A stretch of 64,000 nucleotides of DNA, from assembly GCF_006345805.1 (NCBI RefSeq), contig NC_043007.1, forward strand, positions 71,796,001-71,860,000. Direction: 5' to 3'. The first letter of the stretch is position 1. The number at the start of each line of letters is the position of its first letter. Below, in pieces: positions 14,390 through 27,490 of this stretch. A model generated the notes under the pieces. That model saw nothing but the letters and a program-made list of their open reading frames with translations, did not search any database and had not been told where the DNA came from. The position numbers and the translations under genes were made by a program. The stretch is from Octopus sinensis. Taxonomy: Eukaryota.

Positions 14390-14930
14390 AGTGCGATGTC
14401 TCAAAACCGTCTTCCAACGAAACCTGAGAAGGGATTCTGGATACCTAATCGATTAATCGATTCACTGGCAAGGAAGGTAGAACCCGCACCAATATACCCA
14501 ACCTCTCTATGTTATTCCGACAACGAGACAACTAAACAACGACACCTCGGCTGATTGCACTATGTACACCGCATGCCAGAGGAGAGGATCCCAAAAGACC
14601 TGCTGAATAGGGAGTTGGTATACGGCAAGAGAAGACTTGGTCGAATCTGCCTTTAAAGAAACGTTGAAAAGTGGAAATATATTGTTAGTAAACGTGCCTA
14701 TTGAAATCTGAAACTAGAAAAGGACTTAAAAAGAGCGGGGCGGAGGCTGATATTTGCTGTCGAAGAAAAATGTATCCGGTGAAAAAAAAGGGCACCAGGA
14801 AAGCACTGGCAAACAGTGTCTCAAAAGCAATCACTGCAACCAGGACCGTCATCTTATCGTGGACTGTCAAATCATTGTTTATTGCTAAATCAGACACTGT
14901 CTGTCAACATGGCCTGAAATAAGACTTCAC
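14390..14930 (+). mobile_element. RTE-type LINE 3' remnant
   Basis: KQRHLG*LHYVHRMPEERIPKDLLNRELVYGKRRLGR. Confidence 0.75.
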
Positions 14931-15104
14931 AGGTGCAGATTCATTGTCTCGCAACCCAAAGGTATGCTTCCCTATATCTACACACACACGGACGCGCTCA
15001 CACACACACACACATACATACATACATACATACATACATACATACATACATACATACATACATACAAATTACTTTATTCCTTTAATAATTCCTTCTAACT
15101 AGAT

Positions 15105-15262
15105 TTGGCACAAACCTAGCCATTTTGAGGGGAGGGAGAAGTCGGTTACATCGACTACAAGACTTCTTCTATCGACTCCAAAAGGATAGAAGGCAAAACT
15201 TACTTTGGTAGCATTTGAACTCAGAACGTAGAAATACCGCTAACGATTGTCAGTTTGCAGTC
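15105..15262 (-). mobile_element. SINE family A, decayed
   Basis: Partial reverse-complement match. Confidence 0.7.
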
Positions 15263-15759
15263 TTCAATTCTTTCAATTTAGTCAGCATTTCTGAAATTTT
15301 AAATTTTAATTAGAACTCATTGCTGATATGCCACCTGTTAAGAAAATGTTCTTGATTTAAATGTTTAATAATAAATGTTTAAGAACTTTTACACATTAAC
15401 TTAATATTTTATTGATTATTCTTCTTTATTCAGTAATTTAAAACCTCAACCAAATTTTCTCAACCTAGAATTTAATTTCATGACTGCTCTTCTCGGCAGA
15501 ATGCTACTACATTCTCCTTTCGTTTCATGGAATCCTCATCCAGAAAGACCATTATATCAATCCACCAGGCAGTCTCTCACCAGACTCAGTCGCTAACGAT
15601 TTACTCTCGTCACGTCAGCTACCACTTCTAGATTGATTTCTCTTTAGCTTTTCTTGAACTTCAAAGCATTTTTTTTTTTGCATCTTATTGATAGGGTTCT
15701 AAAATCAGTTTTACTAAAATCTACTGAATTAAAATCCATTTAAATCTAATGAACTGAGT

Positions 15760-15763
15760 ATAC

Positions 15764-15801
<38 letters not shown>

Positions 15802-15883
15802 TTATGTATGTATATATATATATATATATATATACATGTACATATTACATATTTATGCACACATACATACATACATACATACA

Positions 15884-15914
<31 letters not shown>

Positions 15915-16166
15915 GTGCATGTGCGCACGAATGTGTGCGTGTCTGTGAGTGTGTGTGTATGTATGTGTGTGTGATATTTATTATATGTAATTTATATGTA
16001 CTATGTCTGCGTGTGTATATATATGTAATAAATATATCATAATATGTATGTTATATACTTAACTTGTAAATACATTATTTATGCTTATTACATGCCATTA
16101 GCCAGGTACCCCTACCTGTGTCCAAGTGTCATTTTGGTAGGAGTCTCCAGTTCCCTCTGCGTTGTG

Positions 16167-16233
<67 letters not shown>

Positions 16234-16350
16234 CATACATACACGCGTACATACATACATACATGTACATGTATGTATTATATATATATATAAACATACA
16301 TGCATGTGTGTATATATATATATGTGTATATAAATATATACAAACATGCA

Positions 16351-16391
<41 letters not shown>

Positions 16392-16772
16392 ATAAGAATA
16401 ACCCTTGGGTGGAATTTATACACGATTAATGCATTGTAACGCGCGTTTCCTTAAGTCACATATCTCTTAAGACCACAGTCCGTATTCCTGGGATGATTAC
16501 AGTGTAGTCTGTAGTATCCGTGGGCATCGGGCTGGTTATATTTTTGGATTCATTTCTTCAGGCGATTTAACATTGTGTGTGCGCACTTCGTTTTGGGATT
16601 TGGTTTGCAAGATTCTTTATGTGAGTTCGTGTGTTGAAGCATATTCTCTTGGGTCTGGGGAGAGTCATTTTTTTTTTGTTCCTTATAATTTAATACACTC
16701 ACCGGTAAAATTTTACTGCTGTGTTAAATTACAAGGCACACAAAAAAAATGACTCTCCCCAGACTCAACAGT

Positions 16773-16857
<85 letters not shown>

Positions 16858-16988
16858 ATATATATAGAAAGAGAGAGAGAGAGAGAGAAAAAGAGAGAGA
16901 GAGAGAGAGAGAACCGTTATATATCATATATCATACATGTGTGCGTGCATGCGCGTGGGTGGGTGTGCGTGCATGTGTGTTGTGTGTG

Positions 16989-17062
<74 letters not shown>

Positions 17063-17481
17063 GGGTAATAACTCAGGTATTCAGAAATCTAGATTAAGTC
17101 CCCTGGACTGTCAATTACTGTCCTTGGTACGTAAACGTACTTTTTTTTTGTGCAAAAAGCTAGATTATGATATGGATTGTTAACAATTTTTGTTGGATGT
17201 CTATATAAATTGGTGATAGTTAAAGGAAGTTAGTGGATGAAGTAAGAATTATAACCTCAAACGCATACACACACACACATACACACACACACATACACAC
17301 ACACACATACACACACACACATACACACACACACATACACACACACACATACACACAATTTTACACGAGCACACTTGTATATCTACATACATATCTCCAT
17401 GCATGTGCACATACGCACATCATATGAATTAAATTTATATGCGATCTCACACAGACATTCACTCTTACACAGCACACACAT

Positions 17482-17519
<38 letters not shown>

Positions 17520-17525
17520 ACACAT
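15760..17525. repeat. Microsatellite cluster (GA)n,(TACA)n,(TA)n,(TG)n,(CA)n
   Basis: Directly visible, interspersed with repeat fragments. Confidence 0.9.
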
Positions 17526-17754
17526 GCACATGAGCACACGCTCGTGCACACACTCCCAGACATCCAAACGCAGATCGATGCCCTTATCAAAATGTACAAC
17601 TATTTGTAAACTGTCTCAACAAAGAGCTTAGAGGTTGTTATGGTTTGATGTTGCTATGTTATATCTGTATTAAATGTTATCTGTGTGGTGAAGTGTAAAA
17701 TGGTTGATATGGCGAAAGAAGAAATCAAAACGTGAAAAGTGTACCCGGGTGGTG

Positions 17755-18440
17755 ATGATGAACATCTGATTGTAACACCTGGTAAAAATCACTTTCTTGG
17801 AATTTAGAAAGTTTCTGTATTTTTCTATCTGTGTAAGATATATATTTTTTTCATTGTGCAAAGACTGAATTTTCTCAACCTGCTTATGAAACGTTTCGCT
17901 CTTTCGGCAACCCTCTTATTTGATGCTGTAGTAAGCACTTCCAGTCTCTTACTTTCTGAATTTGGTTGACCAGTGTCGTGAAATTCCTTTTGTCGACGTG
18001 TCTGAAGAATATCAGTGATTATAACATCTTTTATTGAATTTCCCTTCAACCTTGCCTATGTAACTGCCGTTGTTGACTGACTAATTTAGCCTGGTTGAAG
18101 TGACTTCAGCTTCGTAACTCTCAACTTTGTTACATAGCTGATGTAATGAGCAGCCGTCTGCATTTCTGTATGAGTAATCTAAACTGTCTTACTTAAAAGG
18201 TTCGTTTGAGATGAGCACCTTGATGTTAGAACCAGAAGTATAACTAATTTTCACGGGACTTCTGTTGAAAATTTTCCTGTATCTATGATGATCTGGGAAA
18301 TGCTTCTCTTGGAGGCTCGTGAATTTTTCCAACGTTAATTTGAACATTAAAGGAAAAAGAAAGCACAAGCTATATAGTCTTTCTAGACTTAATCCTGAAT
18401 TTGGTTGGTGAAATGTGAGAGATGTTTTTTTTAAGCTATT
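17755..18440 (-). mobile_element. Penelope-like element remnant (RT C-terminal linker plus GIY-YIG endonuclease)
   Basis: Decayed RIKSRKTI*..FNVQINVGK, KHFPDHHRYRKIFNRSPVKISY, SYIGKVEGKFNKRCYNH, LNSKKVIFTRCYNQ. Confidence 0.75.
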
Positions 18441-18472
18441 TCCTAAGTCCTGCTATAGATAGGATTCAACTT

Positions 18473-18745
18473 GAAGTGGCTGTGTGGTAAGTAGCTTGCT
18501 TACCAACTACATGGTTCCGGGTTCAGTCCCAGTGCGTGGCACCTTGGGCAAGTGTGAGTGGATTTGGTAGACGGAAACTGAACAACCGATGCTGGTGTGT
18601 TTACGTCCCCGTAACTTAGCAGTTCGGCAAGAAAGACCGATAGAATAAGTACTAGGCTTACAAAGAATAAGTCCTCGGGGTCGATTTGCTCGACTAAAGG
18701 CGGTGCTCCAGCATGGCCACAGTCAAACGACTAAAACAAATTAAA
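18473..18745 (+). mobile_element. SINE family B, internally deleted
   Basis: GGCTGTGTGGTAAGTAGCTTGC...ACCTTGGGCAAGTG...GCTCCAGCATGGCC. Confidence 0.9.
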
Positions 18746-19605
18746 AAAATTTTTAATTTTAAAAAAAAGAGTAAAAAACATTATCTAATAATTATGCTAT
18801 GCCGGGAACACTACAGACATATTCAGTTTTAAAAAATTTGGATACAAACCAATATTTGAATTTCTACTGTATTATCCATCACGCATCAAATATTACATAC
18901 TGCATCGCAAAATGTAATTGTGCAAAAGGGATCAACCCAAAACTACGATGAATTCAGCATAATAGACTGAGAGGCTTTTTAAAGTTACAAAAATATCCCT
19001 CGAAACTAATAGACAACTTGATTAAAGAGCAAAGGAACCAGATATGTTTCAACTTTATTAGTGTGTTGTGTGTGTATGTGTGATACATATATATCACTGG
19101 TCAACGTTCACACATGCGTACTCACGTACCCACGCAGTCATGCATGAAAATATTTAAGTGGACCTACTATCGTTAATTTTAACCTTAAACTTTTCATTTC
19201 TCATATGACTTCCTCGACTTATTGACTGGTTAGTGACAACTGACATTTGGTTTGGTCGCCCTCTTGAAGTAGAGACACAGCGATTGACTCTCAAAAGTTA
19301 GACAACGAAACCAAAGACATAGGTAAATGACTTTAAGCTGTATTTCGTTTCCTAAGGAAAATTGGATCTTTTTTTACTTATATATAAATAAACTGAAAAA
19401 GAAAAAAAAAACAATATCTTCATTCAGGCTTGTCACTACCACTTTGATACCTGGATGTGTTTCAGAATATGGTGGGTAAGCACTAATTTGTATTGCAGAA
19501 AGATTCTTGTAAACTGTATTTTCTAAATCTAGGGGTGCACCATTGAATAGTGAGGGGCAGTGCCATCCAGTGCACCCCCAGGTATGCCTTCATTACTTCT
19601 GATTA

Positions 19606-19662
<57 letters not shown>

Positions 19663-19949
19663 ATTTATAACAAAATATTCCTTAAATCCTTAAATAATTC
19701 TTGTCAATAAACACAGTAATATAGTATGAAATGTTAAAGTTGTAGTTTTACCTGCTTTGAATGAAAATACGTTTGTGATAAAATATGAACGAAGATATCG
19801 TTTGGTCAATGATCATAAAGACATTATTGATGATGACAGTTAGTCTCGGCTTATCTGACTGTGACATATTTTATTCCCTGTACACGAAAATGACCGGGTA
19901 ACAATTTACGCATTATACAATATACGACGTCCGTTGCCTGGCCGCTTGT

Positions 19950-20275
19950 TCAACATGTGTCTCCTCACCGAAAAGGTAATTATTTTTCCACGCTTGCTGA
20001 TAAATTGTTTTTGTGTCTCCTTTTGTCTCAAAGCCGTAGGGCGCCTGTGTCATCCTTGTTTTTAACCGTTACTGTCTTCAAAAAAGTTTTTTTCGTTTCA
20101 TGTTCGTCTCTGTTGCGTTGCATTCTTTCCTTCTGTGGCTGGCTGATTCAGAGCGGATCTCAGAATTAAACAGCCGAAATCTGCGATGAGGAATCGGTTT
20201 CTGACTGAAGAACGAAGGCTTTGAATGACCCGTCTGTCTCTTATGTTCGTCCCTTCGTGTATTTCACGTTATTTA
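19950..20275. repeat. Unclassified interspersed repeat, inverted relative at about 31590-31900
   Basis: CAGCCGAAAT.TGCGA.GA.GA..CGGTT..TGACTGAAGA..GAAGGCTT.GAATG.CCCGTC shared. Confidence 0.7.
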
Positions 20276-20303
20276 TATATGTAAAGGTTTATTATATACA
20301 ATA

Positions 20304-21200
20304 CTAGCTGAGTATCTCGCCGTTGCCGGGCAATTTTTACAATAAAATACGTTGGCGTACTTTCCGGAATAGCACACCTACATAAATTGGGTTTCCTCCG
20401 TTTTGATGGGGATTTTTCCAATTTCTTTCACCACACTGTTGCAAATGATGTAGGGAAGTTTTTTTTTATTTTTATGAAAACCTCCTTTTTAATTTATGAT
20501 TTCCCCTCTCCCCTCTCTCCTTCCGGCCCGATTCTGTCCCTTTTTTTTTTTTTTTGCACTACGCTCTTAACATTAAGAGACGCCTTTTCAGTAAAAGAAA
20601 AAAATTAAAAATTTATGAATTCTTTAAAATTTCTTGCCCCACTTAGTACGATTTTGGACTCTTTTTCCTTTTTGTATTACGCACTTTAAAAAATGTAAGA
20701 AACCTTGGAGGTAAAATCAAAAGGATTTGGAAATCGGCGAACACCATTACAATCCCCACTTCATTTATTTTCAAACAGAAAATGAAAGATAATTTTAAAA
20801 CTGCGATAAATTATTTTTTAAATTTTTGCCTTAGACCCACCCATAAATCTTAAAACTTTGGCTTTTTTCCGAATTTTTTAATCATAGTTGTAAAACTTAC
20901 ACAGTCCGAATCTGCAATTTGTTTCTGTTTATAATTTCAAAATATTTTCCAGGCGAAAAGGGTGTGTGATTTAAGAGAGATTTCGTTGTTTCTAGCACAT
21001 TCCACGACCACCTGGTACCTTCCTCCTTTCTTTGTCACTTACATGTGTAGAACGACCGTCCGAAAGGAGAGGTGACGAATGAATGATTCCTTTAATACAC
21101 CGCACGGTCGCTTACAATAAAAGCAAAAATGGATAAATGAGTATGAGTGCCAGAAGGAAAAAGGAAGACGACACAACCGTGGAGTGTTGGGAGAAAGGTT
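20304..21200 (-). mobile_element. Helitron-like element (3' end recognisable, 5' end not located)
   Basis: Minus strand CCCGGCAACGGCGAG-atactcag-CTAG|T resembles the 39.8-kb Helitron end. Confidence 0.45.
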
Positions 21201-21257
21201 TTATTTATGTGTTAGCAGAGTGTATGTCTGTGTGCGCGACATAAATACATATGTAAC

Positions 21258-21288
<31 letters not shown>

Positions 21289-22232
21289 GCCAATAGACAA
21301 GCCGTCATGCATACATAATGTGTATGTGTGTACAAACAAGGGTGTATGCGTGTGAAATAAAATACAGAGTATAGAAAGAGTCTATAACAGGACGCTAGAA
21401 GTTCAGACACAATGAAGATAGATACCAGTTCGTAGTCAGGTACACAATAGTTGAAGTGCCGTAACAAGAAGTTGTGGCTACAATGCAGAACCGGTTGAAT
21501 CACATGTCGTGTAAGCTGTTGTGGATACTATGCTGTGTCGGTTACTTGATACAGGTTGAGCTTGCTGTTAACCACGGTGAAGTAATTCACAAATAGCGAG
21601 AAGTTAAACCAAAGCGAATAGTGCTGTGTATGTAGAGATGTTGTTGGCGTCGTTAAGATGAAGGCGACGGAGATGGAAGCGACATTAAGATGAAAGCGAC
21701 GGAGGCGGACGTCCGGAATGCTGCTGGTGTTGTCTATCGCTGGAACTGGCTGTGCGCTCTGTGGTCAGTGGTTAGGCCTTAGAAGGTCTAAAAACAAAGA
21801 CGAAATACGGTTTGTCGATCTAGCTTGTATAGAGACTAGGAGGCTCCAAAAGAGAATTTAGAAGACTGTGTCACGGGACCTTATCAGAAGGCTGCGATTG
21901 GTTGGGTTGCACATTGGCGCGTAATAGAGCAAGAGACAAATTGCGCGAATACCAACAAATCAGAGTAGTGGGCACAACATTGACCAAACGGCCGAAGGCT
22001 AGCTGTTATCTGCTACGTCCGTATTTATGTTATACATAACAGAGAGAGAGAGAGAGGGGGGGAGAATTTCACTAAGCGTACGCTACACATGTATTGATGT
22101 TTTTCAATGTTTTCTCTCCATAAACACATTTTGTGGAATAATGATGTAGTGGCCTATTGCTGGGGTTGAAGCAACAACAACTAAAGCATTTCGTAATTTG
22201 GATTTTTAAGTCCTCACTCCGTACCAAACGAG

Positions 22233-22275
<43 letters not shown>

Positions 22276-22876
22276 GTGTGTGTGTAAGAAAAAACATCAA
22301 CTAATAGAAAAGTGTTATTAAAATAAATTATCTACACATAACCTTTTTATATCATTCTGTCGCCCTAATGAAATTCCTTACACACATGCATACACACACT
22401 CACATACACACACACACACAAACATACATACATACATACATACATACATACATACATACATACATACATACATACATACGGCGTAAGCGATATACATTTA
22501 CAGAGACTAAGAGAGAGTGTGTGATAAATATATAGAGAGTGAGGGGGTAAGTTTACAATAAGAAAACCAAAAACTGGAAGAGATCGACAAATAAAGAAAG
22601 GGAGATCTTTTATGTTGCTGTCGCAGATTTTGATATTTCAAAATTAAATGAAAATTTTCAAATTTGATATATTGTTATAGTTTTTTTGATGCTGAACCCA
22701 ATTTTGTGGTTCATTTACTCCAGAAAACTTTTCGAAAAAATTTACAGAGGTTTAAAGTTTGATTATTTTTACCCAATCAGAAAACAGGATTTGGAAGCTA
22801 AACATTTTATGCGTGATAGTAGCGTATCATAAAATGAAAGAAAACTTTACAAGAAATTTTAAACGAAATAAAAGCA

Positions 22877-23020
22877 ATGTTGTTGTTGTTGTTGTTCTTC
22901 TTCTTCTTCTTCTTCTTCTTCTTCTTCTTCTTCTTCTTCTTTTTCTTCTTCTTCTTCTTCTTCTTCTTCTTCTCTTCTTCTTCTTCTTCCTTCTCCTCCT
23001 TCTTCTTCTTCTTCTTCTAC

Positions 23021-23079
<59 letters not shown>

Positions 23080-23080
23080 G
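22877..23080. repeat. (GTT)n(CTT)n(ATT)n compound trinucleotide repeat
   Basis: Directly visible. Confidence 0.95.
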
Positions 23081-23640
23081 AGTGAGAGAGCAGTTCATGC
23101 CATCAAAGTGACACTGGGGTAAAATATACGAAGCCCAATATACCCATCATGACTACCCGTCTGATAAGGGTACACCAGGCACATGCATCACAACCATATG
23201 TGCGCGACATGGTGATCTCATATCAAGATAAACAGCACATGACCTTGCAGGTGGGGCCCAGTTAGAATTTTCTTCAGGTTGAGTAGCCCATCCCGCTCAA
23301 AAGGTCCCTGAATAAGGGTTGTTTAAGGATGTTGAAAGAACCACCAATGTTTCCAGAGGTGAATTATTCAAACCCCAAAGAATCCCTCTCAACACATGGC
23401 TATGATGCTTCCCCACTACTTCTGCTCGTGATCAGAGATGCACATACCGTCAGCCACTAAGGAACATGCTCAACTGGTTAAAGTCAAACAACTGACAAGC
23501 AAATCTGTGGTATTGAGCAGAATATTTGCTGGAGCCCATCTTTTATACCAAGACAAAACAATGTACATGATAACACTTCCAATCAGTTAAGATCAGAAGC
23601 CATGAGAGCCACTACCTGGTACTGCATCAGGGCATTTTAT
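23080..23640 (-). repeat. About 550-bp interspersed repeat embedded in (TTA)n, copy 1
   Basis: Homologous to 32100-32580 and 59550-60020; (TTA)n on both sides. Confidence 0.9.
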
Positions 23641-23675
23641 TTTTATTATTATTATTTTATTATTATTATTATTAT

Positions 23676-23837
23676 TTAGTAGTTTTATTTTTATAGCGTG
23701 CTTTCACTTCACTACCGAGCGCAGCTCTGTGTGCCTTGGGTATGTGCTGTGATTTGTTGTGATGCTCTGATGGTTATTGTATGGAAAGTGTTCTGCGTAG
23801 GATGTGTGCAGTGCCTAGTAGTGCAATTTTCTGTATG

Positions 23838-23841
<4 letters not shown>
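23676..23841 (-). mobile_element. Dong/R4-type (RLE) LINE extreme 3' end inside (TAA)n
   Basis: INIQKIALLGTAHILRRTLSIQ* (stop 23776-23774), a short 3' UTR and an (AAT)n tail. Confidence 0.8.
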
Positions 23842-23884
<43 letters not shown>

Positions 23885-24547
23885 CATTATTATTTACGGA
23901 CAACCTTCTCTTTGGGATGCAGATTTCTCGAGTGTGCACCGTTCATTTCAGATCCTTTCGGGACTAAACACACATTTATATAGTAGATATGTATTATACA
24001 CCATTTTGCGATATTTTCGTAAGAGCTTAAAATTTTTATCCAACGTTTACCTGCTCTAAAACGTACATTTAACATTAATCAAAGAATAAAACAGACATTT
24101 TTGAAGTAGATTTCTTCTAGTCATTTCCATCAAATTCACATCAGATGCTGTATCACATTGCACCCTCCTCTTTCACTAACATCTCCACAGCCGTGGGGGA
24201 AATTAATGTCCATCTCAAAATCTGAGGCTTCATTTCAGATACTTCTCTAGTTGTTTCTTAATATTTGGATCAAAGTGTTTTCCACATTTCTTTTTCTCAG
24301 ATCCACTTTTATTGTTAATCCTTTGATCAACCTACTTTACAATTTAAGTCAGCTTTTTTTTTATCGCTCTCTTTTTCTATGCTTAAGTCGCTGCGCTCCA
24401 GGACTTCCGAGTTTAATATTACGGAGAATGTCTTGTGGATTTTTGACAAAAATCTCTCTACCCTTTTTATTTGCTAATGTTGATATTTGAAACATGTGAT
24501 ACTGAATTTGCAAGCACGAACTTTCAGATAATAGGATATGCAAAATA

Positions 24548-24950
24548 AGTCGGCGAGCTGGCAGAAACGTTAGCACGCCGTATTTCGTCTGCCGTTACGT
24601 TCTGAGTTCAAATTCCGCCGAGGTTGACTTTGCCTTTCATCCTTTCGGGGTCGATAAATTAAGTACAAGTTACGCACTGGGTCGATGTAATCGACTTAAT
24701 CCCTATGCCTTGTTTGTCCCCTCTATGTTTGGCCTCTTGAGGGAAATAAAGAAATAAGAATCCTAAGCACGCCGGGCAAAATGCTTAGCGGTATTTCTTC
24801 CGTCTTTACGTTCTGGGTTCAAATTGAGGTCGACTTTGCCTTTCATCCTTTCGGGACTGATAAAATAAATACCAGTCGAGCACTGGGGTCAATTTAATCG
24901 ACTTAGCTCCTCCCACGAAATTACTGGCCTTGTGCAAAAATTTGAAACCA
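24548..24950 (+). mobile_element. SINE family A, two tandem copies
   Basis: GGCGAGCTGGCAGAAACGTTAGCACGCC head on the first copy; second copy begins within the head; core present twice. Confidence 0.9.
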
Positions 24951-25204
24951 GTATGATACGCAAAACAAAAGCTTACTGGTTTCGTCTTTACAGTATGCGA
25001 AACGCGATTCCTTGCTTTTGTGAATAACTGACAAAGTACATTTCGAGATATCTCCCATGACTATACGATTAACTGAATAGATTTCTCTTTGACTAACCGA
25101 CGAACTGTGTTTAGATTGAGAAATTTGTATAGCTTGTATTGGGTTGTCAGATAAACTCCGTTCCTTTCCAATGTTATTTGAATCAAGACGAGAAATATCT
25201 TTAT

Positions 25205-26010
25205 CATAGTGTTTTATGGGTTTTTATAACTCTATTTTTCCTCTGCAACTCTTGTTTATTTCGTTTGGGGATTTGATTTGCAAGATTCTTTATATGAGTT
25301 CGTCTTTTGAAGCATATTCTGTTGTGTCTGGGGAGAGTCATTTACTTTTTGTGCCTTCCGGTAAAATTTCCACTTATTTTTTATTTTTATTTTCCTAAAA
25401 TTTTCGTTGCGTCTTGCAACCTTTTCAATAGTTTTAACTCTTGCTTATTGGTTTTGAAATTTGACAAAATTTTACCGGAAGTCAGACATGTGACGATAAG
25501 TTGAAAAAAAAAGAGCATTTTCGACACATATTTCTCTTCACTTTCAAAGTTTCAAAGCTGCCAAAGCCGCTCGAGACATTTGTATTGCGTATGAAGAAGA
25601 CGCTTTTACTGAAAGAGCTGCACAGAAATGACCTTCACTCTTCAAAGTGGAGAAAATCCGACCTCACTGACTCTCCGCGTTGCAGCCGATCTGTTTAGTT
25701 CAATGGACCGATTGAACGATCTCATCCACGAGGATCCGCGCCAATCCACTGGCAAATTGTCCCAATATATGGGATACTCTCATGATACCGTTGCCCGTCA
25801 CCTTCACTTGATGAGTTAGGTTCAAAAACTCAATGCATGGGTGCCGCTAGCTCAGAACGAAAGAAACAAACTCAAGCCTCTGCATCGCTAATTTGTCCAG
25901 AAATGCTATTCAAGATCTCGGTTGGGAAGTTCTACAGCACCCATAATATTCCCCTGGTATACCACATTCAGATTATTACTACTCTTGGGTAAAAAGTATA
26001 AAAACTACAC
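25205..26010 (+). mobile_element. Truncated mariner (N-terminal HTH region only)
   Basis: KEHFRHIFLF..KAAKAARDIC.AY, then RLNDLIHEDPRQSTGKLSQYMGYSHDTVARHLH..VQKLNAWVP (25501-25870), with frameshifts. Confidence 0.85.
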
Positions 26011-26159
26011 CCCTCTACCAAGCCATGTCGAGCCAATATGGCAGAGTAACCTCATCAAGCCAGTATGATCTCAAACGCAAATTCACAACCTTCACGTCAG
26101 ACCATGGTAGGAGGAGAGAGCATGCCGAGGCTTTCATCCTAACCACATTACTCCGTAAA

Positions 26160-26374
26160 GAGCACAGGGCCGGTTTGCCGGTTTCCCAGGCATATATATT
26201 GCCTCCCTGGATGGGACGCCGGTCCATCGCTTGATTACTTATTTTTACCAGGTGACTAGACTGGAGCAACGTGAAATGAAGTGTTTTGCTCAAAAGCATA
26301 ACGTATCGCCCGGCCAAGGAATCGAAACCATAATCATGCGTCCAACGCCCTAACCACTAAGCCATGCACCTCCA
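26160..26374 (-). mobile_element. SINE family D, decayed
   Basis: Reverse-complement match. Confidence 0.8.
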
Positions 26375-26387
26375 CAGTATTTTGATT

Positions 26388-26676
26388 GTTTGTTCCTTCT
26401 CGAGCCATGCATGGCTCATAAGGGCCGGTTTCCCGGTTTCCTTGGCGTATAGGTTCCCCACCTGGACAGGACGCTGATCCTGCAAGATGCAGGAGGAAAG
26501 AGTGAGAGAAACTTGTGGAGAAAGAGTCAGCAGAAGTTCGCCATTACTTTCTGCCGGAGCCGCGTGGAGCTTAGGTGTTTCGTTCATAAGCACACACATC
26601 ACCCGGTCTGAGATTCGAATCCGCGATCCCTCGACCGCGAGTCTGCTGCTCTAACCACTTGGCCACGTGCCTCCAC
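26388..26676 (-). mobile_element. SINE family C with 13-bp target-site duplication
   Basis: CAGTATTTTGATT at 26375-87 and 26677-89. Confidence 0.85.
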
Positions 26677-27259
26677 CAGTATTTTGATTAGTATTTTTTA
26701 AATTCCGTAGCTCTGAATGATATTGTCCACAAACAGTTTTCCTTTTAAGTATCCCAAGTCCATTTCGATTATTTACAAAAATGTTGCACGTCGTTGATTA
26801 ATTTACCTGCTTCATTCCCTTAATTTGTGTGTGTGTGTGTGTGTGTATGTGTGTGTGTGTGTGTGTGCGTGTGTGTGTACATATTCTTATGTTTCTTAAC
26901 TGTCAATTAACGCCTCGTGCAAGTCCAGAGCAATAATATCTTGATTATACTCATACATATTGTTCAATATAACTTAATTTTTTTCAAGTACATACCCTTT
27001 ATTCGTTATTAGATCGATGTACGATCGATCACAGAGTAACAGATGCTCTACTTAATTTGAAATTGTTCATTTCTGTATATTGGACACTAGCCTTAGTTAA
27101 CCAGTATTATCATTCTTTCAGTACTTTACAGAATGTCCATGATCAGTTAGAGCGGACTCACGCATGTTTGATATTACTGTTACAACACATGCATACTGCA
27201 TTCTTTCTCATATCCATTTTAACTGACTTTCCAAATCATTGTTATACTCTCTGCCATCT

Positions 27260-27490
27260 GAGGCGGCGAGCTGGCAGAAACGTTAGCACGCCGGGCGAAA
27301 TGAATAGCCGCATTTCGTCTGCCGTTACGTTCTGAGTTCAAATTCCGCTGAGGTCGACTTTGCCTTTCATCCTTTCGAGGTCGATAAATTAAGTACCAGT
27401 TACGCACTGGGGTCGATGTAATCGACTTAATCTGTTTGTCTGTCCTTGTTTGTCCCCTCTGTGTTTAGCCCCTAGTGGGTAGTAAAGAAA
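27260..27490 (+). mobile_element. SINE family A, full length
   Basis: Head, core and 3' segment present. Confidence 0.9.

Noticed and set aside
20195-20260. CTGAAGA as a canonical hammerhead core (also in the 31.6-kb relative)
   Set aside because: No compatible stem II followed by GAAA and no A-U-closed stem III could be drawn.
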